DNA of 64,000 bases from Alphaproteobacteria bacterium (GTDB lineage: Bacteria; Pseudomonadota; Alphaproteobacteria; UBA828). The translations under genes were made by a program, and so were the position numbers. The notes beneath the pieces were generated by a model, which was given only the letters and a program-made list of their open reading frames with translations, searched no databases and was not told the origin of the DNA. Location: contig CBDCRW010000007.1 of NCBI GenBank assembly GCA_965221125.1, positions 256,001 through 320,000 on the forward strand, written 5' to 3'. Below are positions 41,470 through 50,844 of this stretch, in pieces; position 1 is the first letter of the stretch; each line of letters opens with the position of its first letter.

Positions 41470-42935
41470 TAGAGAGGAATGTGCGCTGTGGCGTTTTTCG
41501 ACAGCGCACCGCTGATCTTTGGCGGTCGGATATCGACTGCCTGATCCCAGCCGGGCGAGCAGAATGCAGCGATTCGACGTGAGATTGGAACGCTACGGGA
41601 ACATGGCGGCACGGGTGGCCGCGGCTTGCCCTCCGCTGGCAGGCGGCCGGGTTGAGCGGCGATGTCGGAGATCGGACAAGGCGTCAGCCGGTGTCGAGGT
41701 ACGGCACCGCACCGACCAGCGAGCGCATCCGCTCCGCGTGCCCGGCACGCACCTGCCCGAGGGCCAGCGCCATCATCACCGCCAGCGCCAGCCCGACGCG
41801 GGTCTTCATCTTGGCGCCCGCGGATGTAGTGGGTCTCGAAGTTGAAGCTATTGTCGAGGCGGCCGTTGATTCTCTCTAATCGCAGAGCGTCGGTTGTAGC
41901 CACGCCGCCAGGACGGGCTGCCCCACGGTGTCGGGGTGAAGATGCGCCGGTCGTGCTTGTCGAGGTCGATGCGCACGATGCGGCCGTACTCGCCAGGCTC
42001 CACGCCGCCCGCCCGGTGGCACGCCTCGCTGCCCGCGCAGTCGAAGCCGAAGGCTGCCGCCGGGCAGCGGTACTTGATGGTGCCGCAGACGCCGCGGTCG
42101 GCCTCGAAGCTCTGATAGGCCATGGCGCGGACCTCGCCGGTCTGGGGGCGGACGCAGGACACGCGGCCGCGCTCGTCGTGAACGACGACGTCGGCACGAT
42201 CGGGGAACAGCGCCCGCGTGATCGGCTTCGTCGGGTCATAGTCGGGCTCCTCCTTCTCGGCCTTCCACATCAAGCGCGTGTCGATCAGCGGTCGGATGGT
42301 CCATTTGTCCCAGAGCAGCTTCTTCTATGGGGCGTTGTCGAGACCGCGGTCGGCGCTAAAGTCGTCGCAGCGCTCGACCATCTCCGGCGCTTTCGCGAAC
42401 AGGGTCTCCAGCATCTTGGGCAGCATCTTGATCTCCGAGTGCGACGCCCGCGTCACCTCGAAGGCCACCGGGATCTCGTAGTGGGTGTCGGCGATCAGGT
42501 GAAGGCCGTAGCCGAACCATGACTTCACCTTCTTCCAGATCTTGCCGGTCCTGGCGTCCACCCCGCTCGTCTCGTGCTTGCCCCAGTCGGCGTCGGGGTC
42601 CGAGGTCTTCCCCTTGTCCTCGGCAACCCGGCCCGTCGAGTGGCTCTCGATCGCCTTGCCGTCGTAGCCGAGATGGCGGCCGAAGTCCGGCACTTCCTCG
42701 AAGAGCGATGCGCGCAGGCTTTCGAGCATTGCGGACACCAGGCCGCGCTCCTTCTCAAGCAGCACGACGCGCCCCAGGAAGCGCGAGAAGTTCCAGTGGC
42801 TGGGCACTGTCGAGCGCACCTGCGCTGGATGCGTCACGACGCTTGTCCCCTCGGTTTGCTCCCGCAGTTCCGTCACGGGTGCGCTCTGGAAAGGCAGAGG
42901 GTCGAACCCGCAAGTCTCAGTGCCCACGCGCGTGC
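41470..42935 (-). pseudogene. Degenerate DDE transposase (IS1182/IS5-like) with its end
   Basis: DGKAIES, DPDADWG, WFGYGLHLIAD, ADRGLD, YNRRSAI in shifted frames. Confidence 0.8.
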
Positions 42936-43100
42936 GTTGACCGGCCGCTTCAGTCCGCGGTAAAGTGAGGAACGCCACCCGATGGTGGGAAGCGTTCCTA
43001 TCGCGAAGGTTTCCGGCCTTGCGACAGCCGATCAGGCCATTCTCATTGCGGCATGCCGTCCGGCTTGGCAACCCTTCGTCTGAGAGCAGGGAGCCCGGGC

Positions 43101-43289
43101 ATGACTGAGCAGTTGAAAGCAGGGGAGACGACTGAGGTTTCCGCAGAAGTTGCCGAGTTCCTCAACCACATTTCTGGCTTGGCGGACAAGATAGTTCCAG
43201 TTGGAATGTCGGCGGGATTGTGGATCAATGGCTGCTATTACGAGCGGGACACTGACGGCAATTGGCGGGCCACTCGCTGTTACGCCTGA
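43101..43289 (+). CDS. Small hypothetical protein (62 aa)
   Basis: AGGGAG RBS, ATG; no recognised family. Confidence 0.45.
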   Translation: MTEQLKAGETTEVSAEVAEFLNHISGLADKIVPVGMSAGLWINGCYYERDTDGNWRATRCYA

Positions 43290-43602
43290 ACTCAGGACTA
43301 TCCCACGCTCCCCGATTTGGAATGATCGGACTGCGTTCGGTCGATTTTGGGTGTTGCGGCTCACGCTCGGCAGCGCAATGCGCGGACTCACGGCTCTGGG
43401 TTGGGTCGAGACGTCGGCTTGACCGCAAGGTGCTTCGGTTCCGACAGACCTGCGGTGAGGAGCCCACCGCGATTGAGGTAGCGGTGCGGATCGGATGGCG
43501 TGGTGGTGCTCAGGGAGAAAGGATCGCGGCGAAGGCGGCGTCCTTGCGCTGGAGCGCGAAGTGCCGGGTAGCGGAGGCGATGCAGTCGAAGATTTCCCCA
43601 TG

Positions 43603-43630
43603 ATATCCGATAATCTCCCTTATCGGACGC
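43603..43630. other. Candidate tyrosine-recombinase crossover site
   Basis: TCCGATAA-TCTCCC-TTATCGGA: perfect 8-bp arms, 6-bp spacer. Confidence 0.55.
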
Positions 43631-43647
43631 CATGTGTGCGGTGTATA

Positions 43648-43680
43648 GGTCCCCATGGGCCGGTCCCCATGGGCCGGTCC
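43648..43680. repeat. Tandem 14-bp repeat GGTCCCCATGGGCC
   Basis: About 2.4 copies, each with palindrome CCCATGGG. Confidence 0.75.
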
Positions 43681-43922
43681 GCCGGTCCCGGTCCTGGAAC
43701 AATCGCAATGGACACCTGGCCGTGCTGCGGCCTGAGCCAAGTCGACCTTGTGAGACTCGCGGCGAGCCGATGACCGCCGGCGCGCTTGCCGTCCGCCCGG
43801 AAGCGACGAATTCGGCCCCGCGCCGGCCCGTATCCCGGCCAGTTTCGGCGATAAGGCCGTTCCGGGCTATATGGGGGGGGATCCAAATCGGCCCGCGCGC
43901 GCTGACGGGGCTTACAAGGGCG

Positions 43923-44126
43923 CTAGTGGGCGTCCCTCGGATACAAAAGGGCTATGACGCCTACCAGTATCGGAATCACGGCGGCAGCGGTTGGCGCAAC
44001 CCCTATGTTGATTTTGCCGCTTCCATCGGGCCGCACGTCGATTTTGCACGCGGCTTCCTTCAAAGCAGCCTGGACCTTTGCACCATCCTCAAAGGTCAAA
44101 GTCGAACCATCAAGGTTGATCTGCAT
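43923..44126 (-). CDS. Small membrane protein
   Basis: GGGAGG RBS; C-terminal AVIPILVGVIALLY. Confidence 0.45.
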   Translation of the reverse strand: MQINLDGSTLTFEDGAKVQAALKEAACKIDVRPDGSGKINIGVAPTAAAVIPILVGVIALLYPRDAH

Positions 44127-44242
44127 GTTTCCACCCTCCCTTGTGGTTCGGCCATGCTGTCATGGCGCGCCCGCTTGGTCGAGCGCGAGCGGCGCGACGG
44201 CGCCCCCGTGGCATTCTGTGGGCATCGGGCTATAGTGCGGAC

Positions 44243-44437
44243 ATGGGCGACAAGGACTATGCCGACCTCGCAGCGAAGGTGGCGGCCTTGTAGGAACGCA
44301 TGAACACCCGGCAAGCGGAGTACAAGACGGATATCGCGCACCTGGAGGCGGCGAACAGCAAGCGCCACGTCCAACTTATTGCCGTCGTTCTGGCCGCGCT
44401 TGCGCTCGCGGTTGGCCTTATCAAGTTCCTGCCCTAG
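44243..44437 (+). pseudogene. Small coiled-coil/TM protein with internal TAG
   Basis: MGDKDYADLAAKVAAL*ERMNTRQAEYKTDIAHL...VLAALALAVGLIKFLP; TATAGT 6 nt before ATG. Confidence 0.55.
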
Positions 44438-44584
44438 CCGGCGCCCATGGCCGCACCCTCAATCGAGCTCAAATCGGCGCCTGCATCGCCGGTGAAAGCC
44501 GCTCACACCGATGCAAGCTGGCGCTTGCGGTGAGCGGCGCGTATCCGCATCGCGCCGTCCTGTCCTCGTGGCGGGCGCTTGGTG

Positions 44585-45868
44585 CTAATGGGAGATAACA
44601 TCGACTCGTTCGCAGCCGCTAGAGAATTCCGGGGAAAACCCATCCGCGTGGTGGCAATGAAAGATGTAAGTGTGGAAGGGGTTGCGCGTCTCCCAACGTC
44701 CGTGCATTAAGCCATCTACATAAGGGCCTTTGAAGGTCAGGAAACCTCCGCTATGCCAGCGCACACTCCCCACCCAATACCCGTGTCTCACGCCATCCAC
44801 GTAATGGCCTTCTTGAGTTCCTTCCACCTTATCTTCGCCGGTGTGCCCTTGGTAACGAAGAACCCAAAGGCCCTGCATCTTGCCTTCAACGAGCTCCCCG
44901 GAATCGCTGACAAACGAGGTCTCCCAGTTATATTCCAACTTGCCCTTTCCGTGGGCTGTGTTGTGTTGACAACTCCCGGACCATGTGACTTGATCCTTGC
45001 GATGATCTGAAAACAAACGCGGAAAGAAAAACACGCAATCCTGGCGGTTAGCAATTTCCTTCCAACAACCGGAGTCGTCGGGCGCAAGTTCCTCCAGGTC
45101 GCTACATCGTGGAAAGTGAAGCACTACGTTCTGCTGACCGGATGGTTCCGGTGCACTTTCCCCGCGTGTTTGATCGCCTGCCGGCTCGTTTTGGTCTCCG
45201 GCCTCTCTACTGATTGCGCCGAGCGCCTCGCCTTGTTCCGCCGTGAGATAGCCCGTTGCCTCCAGCCCTTTCGCTTCCTGCCAATCCCATATGGCTGCCC
45301 GCGTCTTAGGGCCGAATAGACCGTCGGCAGGGCCGGTGTCGAAGCCGAGCGCGGCAAGGCCCTGTTGCACCTGTACGCGCTGCTCGCGGGTGAGCGACTC
45401 GTCCGGTGTCCGCACGGCTTCCGCCGGCACTTCCGCCTTCGCGAGAATGGGTTTGCTGCCGGACCACGTGTCAGCATTTTCCATGGTGACGCATGTAGAG
45501 GCCACCACGGCGCATCCCGATCCTCCGTGGTCCTCGCACTCTCGCACGGCCCGCGCCGCCGCCGCTTCCGGCGTCATCCCGCCATTTGCTCCAAAGATGC
45601 CGTACTGATCTATTGCGAGAGCGCCGCAACCGTTCCGGACCCAACTAACCTCAACGCAGTCCGTGCCCCCGGCGGCACGGCAAGCGTTCAGCGCAGCCAC
45701 TTTCGCGTCGTCTTTGTCATAGTTGAACGCAAAGCCATATGCGATCGACTCGCCGTAAGCCGTGTTGCCGGCGGCGATGGAGCCAAACTCATTCTGTGCC
45801 GCTGCCGGACCGGCTGCCATCGCCAGGCCGCCGACCGCAACCGCAATAGCAGCGATCATCGTCTTCAT
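44585..45868 (-). CDS. Secreted DUF4189 + PG-binding protein with MORN-like C-terminus
   Basis: Paralog of 35973-37628 up to EALGAIS; WSGSC..AHGKG, GHYVDGVRHGYW, GPYVDGLMHGRW. Confidence 0.78.
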   Translation of the reverse strand: MKTMIAAIAVAVGGLAMAAGPAAAQNEFGSIAAGNTAYGESIAYGFAFNYDKDDAKVAALNACRAAGGTDCVEVSWVRNGCGALAIDQYGIFGANGGMTPEAAAARAVRECEDHGGSGCAVVASTCVTMENADTWSGSKPILAKAEVPAEAVRTPDESLTREQRVQVQQGLAALGFDTGPADGLFGPKTRAAIWDWQEAKGLEATGYLTAEQGEALGAISREAGDQNEPAGDQTRGESAPEPSGQQNVVLHFPRCSDLEELAPDDSGCWKEIANRQDCVFFFPRLFSDHRKDQVTWSGSCQHNTAHGKGKLEYNWETSFVSDSGELVEGKMQGLWVLRYQGHTGEDKVEGTQEGHYVDGVRHGYWVGSVRWHSGGFLTFKGPYVDGLMHGRWETRNPFHTYIFHCHHADGFSPEFSSGCERVDVISH

Positions 45869-45982
45869 GTCTGATCCTTCCCGTTGCCCGTGGCGATGCT
45901 CGCACCCCGACAGACAGGCCGTCAATGTGGCACACTCCCGGATCACGGCCCGCCGGGGCGGGCTTGCAAGGGGGGAACGGAC

Positions 45983-46212
45983 ATGAGGGCATTGATTGCG
46001 GCGCTCGCGCTCGGCGGGCTAGCGATGGTGACCGTAGCAGGTGACGCCTTGGCGCACGACTGCACGACTGTTTCAGTTGGCACAAGGATATGAAGTATGG
46101 AAAGAATGCGACCCGTTTTGTGACGTGGACGCAGGATCAAAATGCAGAGATTTGGGCTAAGTGCCATTGCTCCGGCCAAGCGAATTGTGAGTGGAAAGAG
46201 TTCAAGCGGTGA
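45983..46212 (+). pseudogene. Secreted Cys-rich peptide frameshifted by an 8-bp duplication
   Basis: CACGACTG-CACGACTG at 46055-70; removing one copy gives a 73-aa ORF ending CHCSGQANCEWKEFKR. Confidence 0.65.
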
Positions 46213-46231
46213 TAACCGGCCGCGACTCCCC

Positions 46232-47164
46232 CTAGAGATACCGTAGCGCCTCGCCGGCAGCCTCATTCCGCGTGTAGCGCGCGACCATCCGGGTCGTAGA
46301 CCATCGGCCCTGCCGCATGACGGCCGCAGCCGGAGCGCCGTTCCGCGTCATGCGTTGCGCTATGCCGACGCGGCCGGAATGCCCGGTGAAGCCGTCGCCG
46401 AGGCCGGCCGCCTTCGCAGCCGCGGCGATCCGGCGCGCAATCTGTCTGTCGCCGAGGCCGAAAACGCGATCCGGGCTGCCCCATCCGCCGCGTGTCGCGA
46501 GCCGGTCTAGATCGGCCATCGCCTCGCGCGTGAGCGCGACAACCGCACCCTCGCCAGCCTGATCCGTCTTTGACCGGGCGATGGTGGCGCGCCCGGACCC
46601 GTCCGCTTGCGGCTCGATATCGGCCCATGCGAGCGCTGCGGCTTCCGAGCGCCGCAAGCCCGCGTCTGCCACAACCGAGACAATCGCCATGGTGAGCACG
46701 TCGGCTGGCGTATCGGCCTCGCCATTGAGGCTGCCCCGGATCGCGGCGACGGCTTCGGCCGTGAGCGCTGCGGCCTGGCGCGGCCCGGCGCCGGCCTCGG
46801 CGGCCTGGCGCGCGAATCCCTGCATGGCGGTTTTCACGACGCGATCCGCGCACGGGTTGGCGTGATCGGCCAGGCGGTGCGCTTCGCCGATAGCGGCGAC
46901 GGCCATGCGGAGCGTCGCCATGCCGGCGCCGGCCTCGGCGCGGCTCGCGAGATACGCGGCGACGGCCCCGGCTTCGGCCGGGAGCTCGGCAGTGCCATGG
47001 GTTTCGGCCCAGGCGACCCAGGCCCGCCATGCGGAGCGGTAGGCGCGTCGCGTCGCGGGCGCCTTCGAGGCCGCGAGGGCGCTTTCGAGGCGCGCGCGTG
47101 TGGCCCCGTCGATTGCGGCGGGAGCGCCGGGCAAACTGCCCGTGTAAACGGCGAGTTTCGACAT
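46232..47164 (-). CDS. Cre/TnpS-like tyrosine recombinase
   Basis: ATRRAYRSAW N-domain, GLRRSE, RSKTDQ, GHSGRVG, GRW...MVARY. Confidence 0.88.
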   Translation of the reverse strand: MSKLAVYTGSLPGAPAAIDGATRARLESALAASKAPATRRAYRSAWRAWVAWAETHGTAELPAEAGAVAAYLASRAEAGAGMATLRMAVAAIGEAHRLADHANPCADRVVKTAMQGFARQAAEAGAGPRQAAALTAEAVAAIRGSLNGEADTPADVLTMAIVSVVADAGLRRSEAAALAWADIEPQADGSGRATIARSKTDQAGEGAVVALTREAMADLDRLATRGGWGSPDRVFGLGDRQIARRIAAAAKAAGLGDGFTGHSGRVGIAQRMTRNGAPAAAVMRQGRWSTTRMVARYTRNEAAGEALRYL

Positions 47165-47167
47165 GGC

Positions 47168-47683
47168 CTATCCTCCGAAAGTAAGCGCGCCGGGGCAGCC
47201 GGCATCCGGGCAACGCGCGGGGCCGCTGGCCGTCGCGCGGGCGATCCATGCCCGCGCCATGCGCAGCGTGAGGCCGCACGTGCCGCATTCGCCCTTCACC
47301 ATCCGGGGCGATTGCTTTGGGCGATCCGCCGGCCGAGCGGCAAGCGCGACGTGGCCCGCCGGGAACGGCCCGAGCGTATCGACGATGATGTGAAGGTGCG
47401 CTGGCACGTCCGCGAGCGGACAATTGCGGCGCGCCTTGCTCGGCTTGCCTATCAGCCCGATGGCGCGGGCCGCTTGCGAAAAGTCCCGGCGATGGCCCCG
47501 AATGCCTGCGGCGTGAACGAGCTCATGCGCGACGGTGCCGACGATCCGCCAGGGTTCATCGGCCCGGTGCCGGAACGAAACAGTCACTTCCGCGAGGCCG
47601 TCCGAAACGGCCGCCCGCTGGTAGGCGACTCCGGCGATCCGCGCGTCGCAGTACGCCGCTCCGATCCGCAGGGGCGGCCATCG
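47168..47683 (-). pseudogene. SprT-like metalloprotease, 5'-truncated by IS110 fragment
   Basis: AHELVHAAGIRGH...F and C-terminal ECGTCG...CP. Confidence 0.65.
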
Positions 47684-47685
47684 TC

Positions 47686-47972
47686 ATGCCCGGCGGCACG
47701 AAGATCACCTCGAAGCCCGTGCGCTCCAGCGTCTCGTAGACCGGTATCCGGTAGACCGAGTTCAACTCCATCGCCACCTTCGTCACGCCGCACGACGCCA
47801 GCCACGCCACCATCTCCTCCAGATCGCGGGTGAAGGCGCCGAACGAGCGCACCGGTTTCTCGGTCCGCTCCGGATCGACCGCCACGAAGTGCCGGTCCTT
47901 GCCAGTGTCGATCCCGGCGCAGCTGCGGTTGACCACCTTCAGGCCCTGGGCACGTCTCTTCTTGCGTGCCAT
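47686..47972 (-). pseudogene. IS110 transposase N-terminal fragment
   Basis: CAGIDTGKDRHFVAV...VAMELNSVY. Confidence 0.8.
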
Positions 47973-48242
47973 GCAACGTCCTCCCAGACTTCATTGCCAT
48001 CGCCAGTGGGGAGGAATCATCCTCGAAGTCCCATTCTCTTGAACAAGGTCGCGGGAAACCCGCGCCATCAGTGATCGGAGCCCACGCAATGATTCACACC
48101 AAGCTCTTGACATCAACCACCCCATTACGGACATGTGCGCACTTTAGGAAATTAATCTCGGCAAAGATCGATCAAGCTCCAATTGCCGGTGTCACTCTTT
48201 TCCTACATACCCTAAACGGTTCGACTTAGCAGGAGTCAAGAC

Positions 48243-48842
48243 ATGCCGGAGGACAACAAGTCGCGCAGATCGCATCTCGTCGATATAGCGAAAATGCCAC
48301 ATCCACATTGGGCATCATGGTGCGCTCTCCTGGTATCTGTTGTTACCGCCTTTGTTCTGATTTGGCAGGGATGGGAAACAAGGTCGTTTTACCGAAAAAG
48401 CTTAGTACCGCTCGTCAATCCCTTTATTACCGATAGCACGCTTAAGGAGGAATTGGGAATTTTCCTGCAAAACAACGGCGGTGGTCCGGGATTTGTCACC
48501 ATTAATGAAACCCTTCTAGATAACGAGGCTATTAGCTTGAAGGAGGTGATTGACCAGATGCAAAGTGATGGAGTCATCGAACAGACGAGTAAGAATAAGG
48601 CTGTTCGCAGAGCAAAGAACGAAACATTCGCGATGCACGCTGGTAGAGTCGTTCCTCTGATGGTGTTTCCGACTTCAATCGTAAAAGTCGATAGTTACGA
48701 CGACGCAGTAAAATTTCAATCTCTCATTCATAAAAGAATAAATATCAAATTTACTGTGTGTTCAGTGTATGGAGAATGCGTGCAGTTATGTACTGCTCAA
48801 AACTGTAAAGATGCCCAACAGTTGGGGAGCGCCTCCAGATAG
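48243..48842 (+). CDS. Hypothetical membrane-anchored protein (low GC)
   Basis: AGGAG RBS; TM segment; LQNNGGGPG; C-terminal CSVYGEC. Confidence 0.7.
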   Translation: MPEDNKSRRSHLVDIAKMPHPHWASWCALLVSVVTAFVLIWQGWETRSFYRKSLVPLVNPFITDSTLKEELGIFLQNNGGGPGFVTINETLLDNEAISLKEVIDQMQSDGVIEQTSKNKAVRRAKNETFAMHAGRVVPLMVFPTSIVKVDSYDDAVKFQSLIHKRINIKFTVCSVYGECVQLCTAQNCKDAQQLGSASR

Positions 48843-48944
48843 AGAGCGATCAATGTCTTTCTGTAATCGCGTTCGTCAGTTAGTGTTCTGTTCTCGTAAT
48901 TCATACGATTGTGCGGGTTCTTCGACTCGGGCACTGTGAAGCGG

Positions 48945-49120
48945 TGGTCCGTTGAGATCAAACTGAGTGGGGGCGAGCGTAGCGAGTTGGAACGCCTAGC
49001 GCGGGACTGGAAGGTTTGGCGGGTGCTGTCGGATCGGGCGCACATCGTGTTACTGGAAGACCGAGGGGGTGAGCAACGTTCAGATTGCCAACACGCTCGG
49101 CATCAACAATCTCACGGGGA
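48945..49120 (+). pseudogene. IS630-like transposase HTH fragment
   Basis: IKLSGGERSELERLAR...RAHIVLL then GVSNVQIANTLG. Confidence 0.55.
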
Positions 49121-49240
49121 GTATCCCGTTGACTCAGTAAGGCGGTGATTTTACCCTCTTTAGGCAGTAGCGTGACCGGGAGCGGTGCGACGAAGTCCGA
49201 ACTGGATGGTTGCACATCCTGACGACGAGGGAGAAACACT

Positions 49241-49651
49241 ATGAGCAGGCTCGTCAGTGCTATCGCCATCGTTCCTGTTATTGTGGGATTTTGTTTGGCA
49301 AGTGGAACCCACGGTCAAGAGTTTGATTTACCTACCCCATATGACCAACCGCCGAGCACTGCAGTGCCGTGGATTTTCGAGCCACCGTATTCATTCCCAG
49401 GATTCCCCTCAGACCTGACAGATGAACAACTGGCGATTTTGGAGGGTTGGGGATTCAATTGGGGTGATTTTGGTCAGGGGATTTACGAGGGGTTCAAGAA
49501 CTGTTTTTCTCCCACTCATACCTGCGAGTTCGAAGGGGTGCATTCATCTGGTGGTGCGGTGAGCGTTCAGTATGGAACACGGAAGATCTGTGACTGCAGT
49601 GTAGGATTGACCTGCGAATGGGCCACCGAGGTGAGCACAGATGACGAATAA
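49241..49651 (+). CDS. Secreted Cys-rich protein
   Basis: Signal peptide; C-terminal CFS..H...CDCSVGLTCEW. Confidence 0.65.
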   Translation: MSRLVSAIAIVPVIVGFCLASGTHGQEFDLPTPYDQPPSTAVPWIFEPPYSFPGFPSDLTDEQLAILEGWGFNWGDFGQGIYEGFKNCFSPTHTCEFEGVHSSGGAVSVQYGTRKICDCSVGLTCEWATEVSTDDE

Positions 49652-49668
49652 AGAGCTGGAGGCCGAAG

Positions 49669-50841
49669 TTAAGAGCACGTGGAGTCAGTTGGCAAAGCTG
49701 ATCGCACAGCCAACTCCCGCGCGATGGAGGTGCCGATGCGCTCCGCCGCGGCCTCGGTCTCGCGGTCGCCGACGTGGGCATAGCGCAGCGTCATGCTAGG
49801 ACACTTGTGGCCAAGCAGGCGCGAGACCACCGGCAACGGAACGCCCTGCAGAACGGCATGGCTGGCGACCGTATGCCGAAGGTCATGAAGACGCACGTCC
49901 TCGATCCCGGCCTCCCTGCGCACCGCGTACCAGAGCGGCAGATCGGAGCACAGCGGCCGCCCCAGATCGAGCGGCGAGGGAAAGACCCAGGGGCTGTTAG
50001 ACCGCGGCTGCCGCTCAAGGATGGCGCGGGCCGGCGCATTCAGCAGCACCTGTCTCGGCCCGGTCTTGGCGTCGACGAGGTTGACGGTGTCCCCGTCCAC
50101 GTCCTGTCGGCGCATGGTCACGATCTCGCTCTTGCGGCAGCCGGTCAGCAGCAGCAGGCGGATGATGTCCGCCTGTTGCGCGCGCGAGGCCCGGTCTCCG
50201 GCATGGCGGTCCAGCGCGCGGTGAAGGCGGCCGATCTCTTCGCAAGACAGGAAGCGGGTGAGCTTGGGTCGGGGGTTTCGCTTGATGCCGTGCGTGGGGT
50301 TGGTATCGAGGTAGCCGCAGTCGATCGCATGGTTCAGGATCTGGCGGAGCACGTTCAACGCACGATTGGCCCCGCCGGGCGCGGTCCTGCTGTACTCGTC
50401 GAACCAGCGGGTCACGGCGATCCGGCCGATCCGGTCCAGCGGCATCGGGCCGAAGGCCGGAAGCAGGAGCCCGTTCAGGACCAGGCGTACACCCTTTTGC
50501 GTCGACGGCTTGCATGTGTCGAACCGCGCCTGCGCCGGACCGGCGACGAAGTCTGCGAAGGTCGGGACCGGTCCGCGTTCCGGCCTTCCGCCGGGTGGCG
50601 CGGTTTCGATTTCGAGGCACCGCGCACGCGCTTCCCCGACGCCCATGAGTGCGGCAGGTCCGAGAGTGATCCTGCGCGCGCCGCCCTCGCCCTTTCGGCA
50701 ATACACGAAGCTGCGGTGTCCCGACGGGCGGACGCGGACGCCGAGGCCCGCAAGGCGCGTGTCCCGAACCGTATACTCGCGCGCCGCCGGCTTCAGCCGG
50801 GCGACATTGGCGTCGGTCAGTCGCTGCCTCTTCGCGGCCAT
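49669..50841 (-). CDS. Tyrosine integrase B (arm-binding N-domain)
   Basis: GLGVRVRPSG, TGCRKSE, DAKTG, LHDLRH, LLGH...TLRY. Confidence 0.92.
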   Translation of the reverse strand: MAAKRQRLTDANVARLKPAAREYTVRDTRLAGLGVRVRPSGHRSFVYCRKGEGGARRITLGPAALMGVGEARARCLEIETAPPGGRPERGPVPTFADFVAGPAQARFDTCKPSTQKGVRLVLNGLLLPAFGPMPLDRIGRIAVTRWFDEYSRTAPGGANRALNVLRQILNHAIDCGYLDTNPTHGIKRNPRPKLTRFLSCEEIGRLHRALDRHAGDRASRAQQADIIRLLLLTGCRKSEIVTMRRQDVDGDTVNLVDAKTGPRQVLLNAPARAILERQPRSNSPWVFPSPLDLGRPLCSDLPLWYAVRREAGIEDVRLHDLRHTVASHAVLQGVPLPVVSRLLGHKCPSMTLRYAHVGDRETEAAAERIGTSIARELAVRSALPTDSTCS

Positions 50842-50844
50842 GGC

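Noticed and set aside
44291-44293. Amber recoding (pyrrolysine or readthrough)
   Set aside because: TAG is a normal stop in many genes here and no pyl genes are present; a point mutation is simpler.
27357-49660. Integron cassette array or shufflon explaining the cargo genes
   Set aside because: No recurring attC-like or sfx-like sites found by eye, genes are in mixed orientations, and no IntI-type insertion is seen in the integrases.
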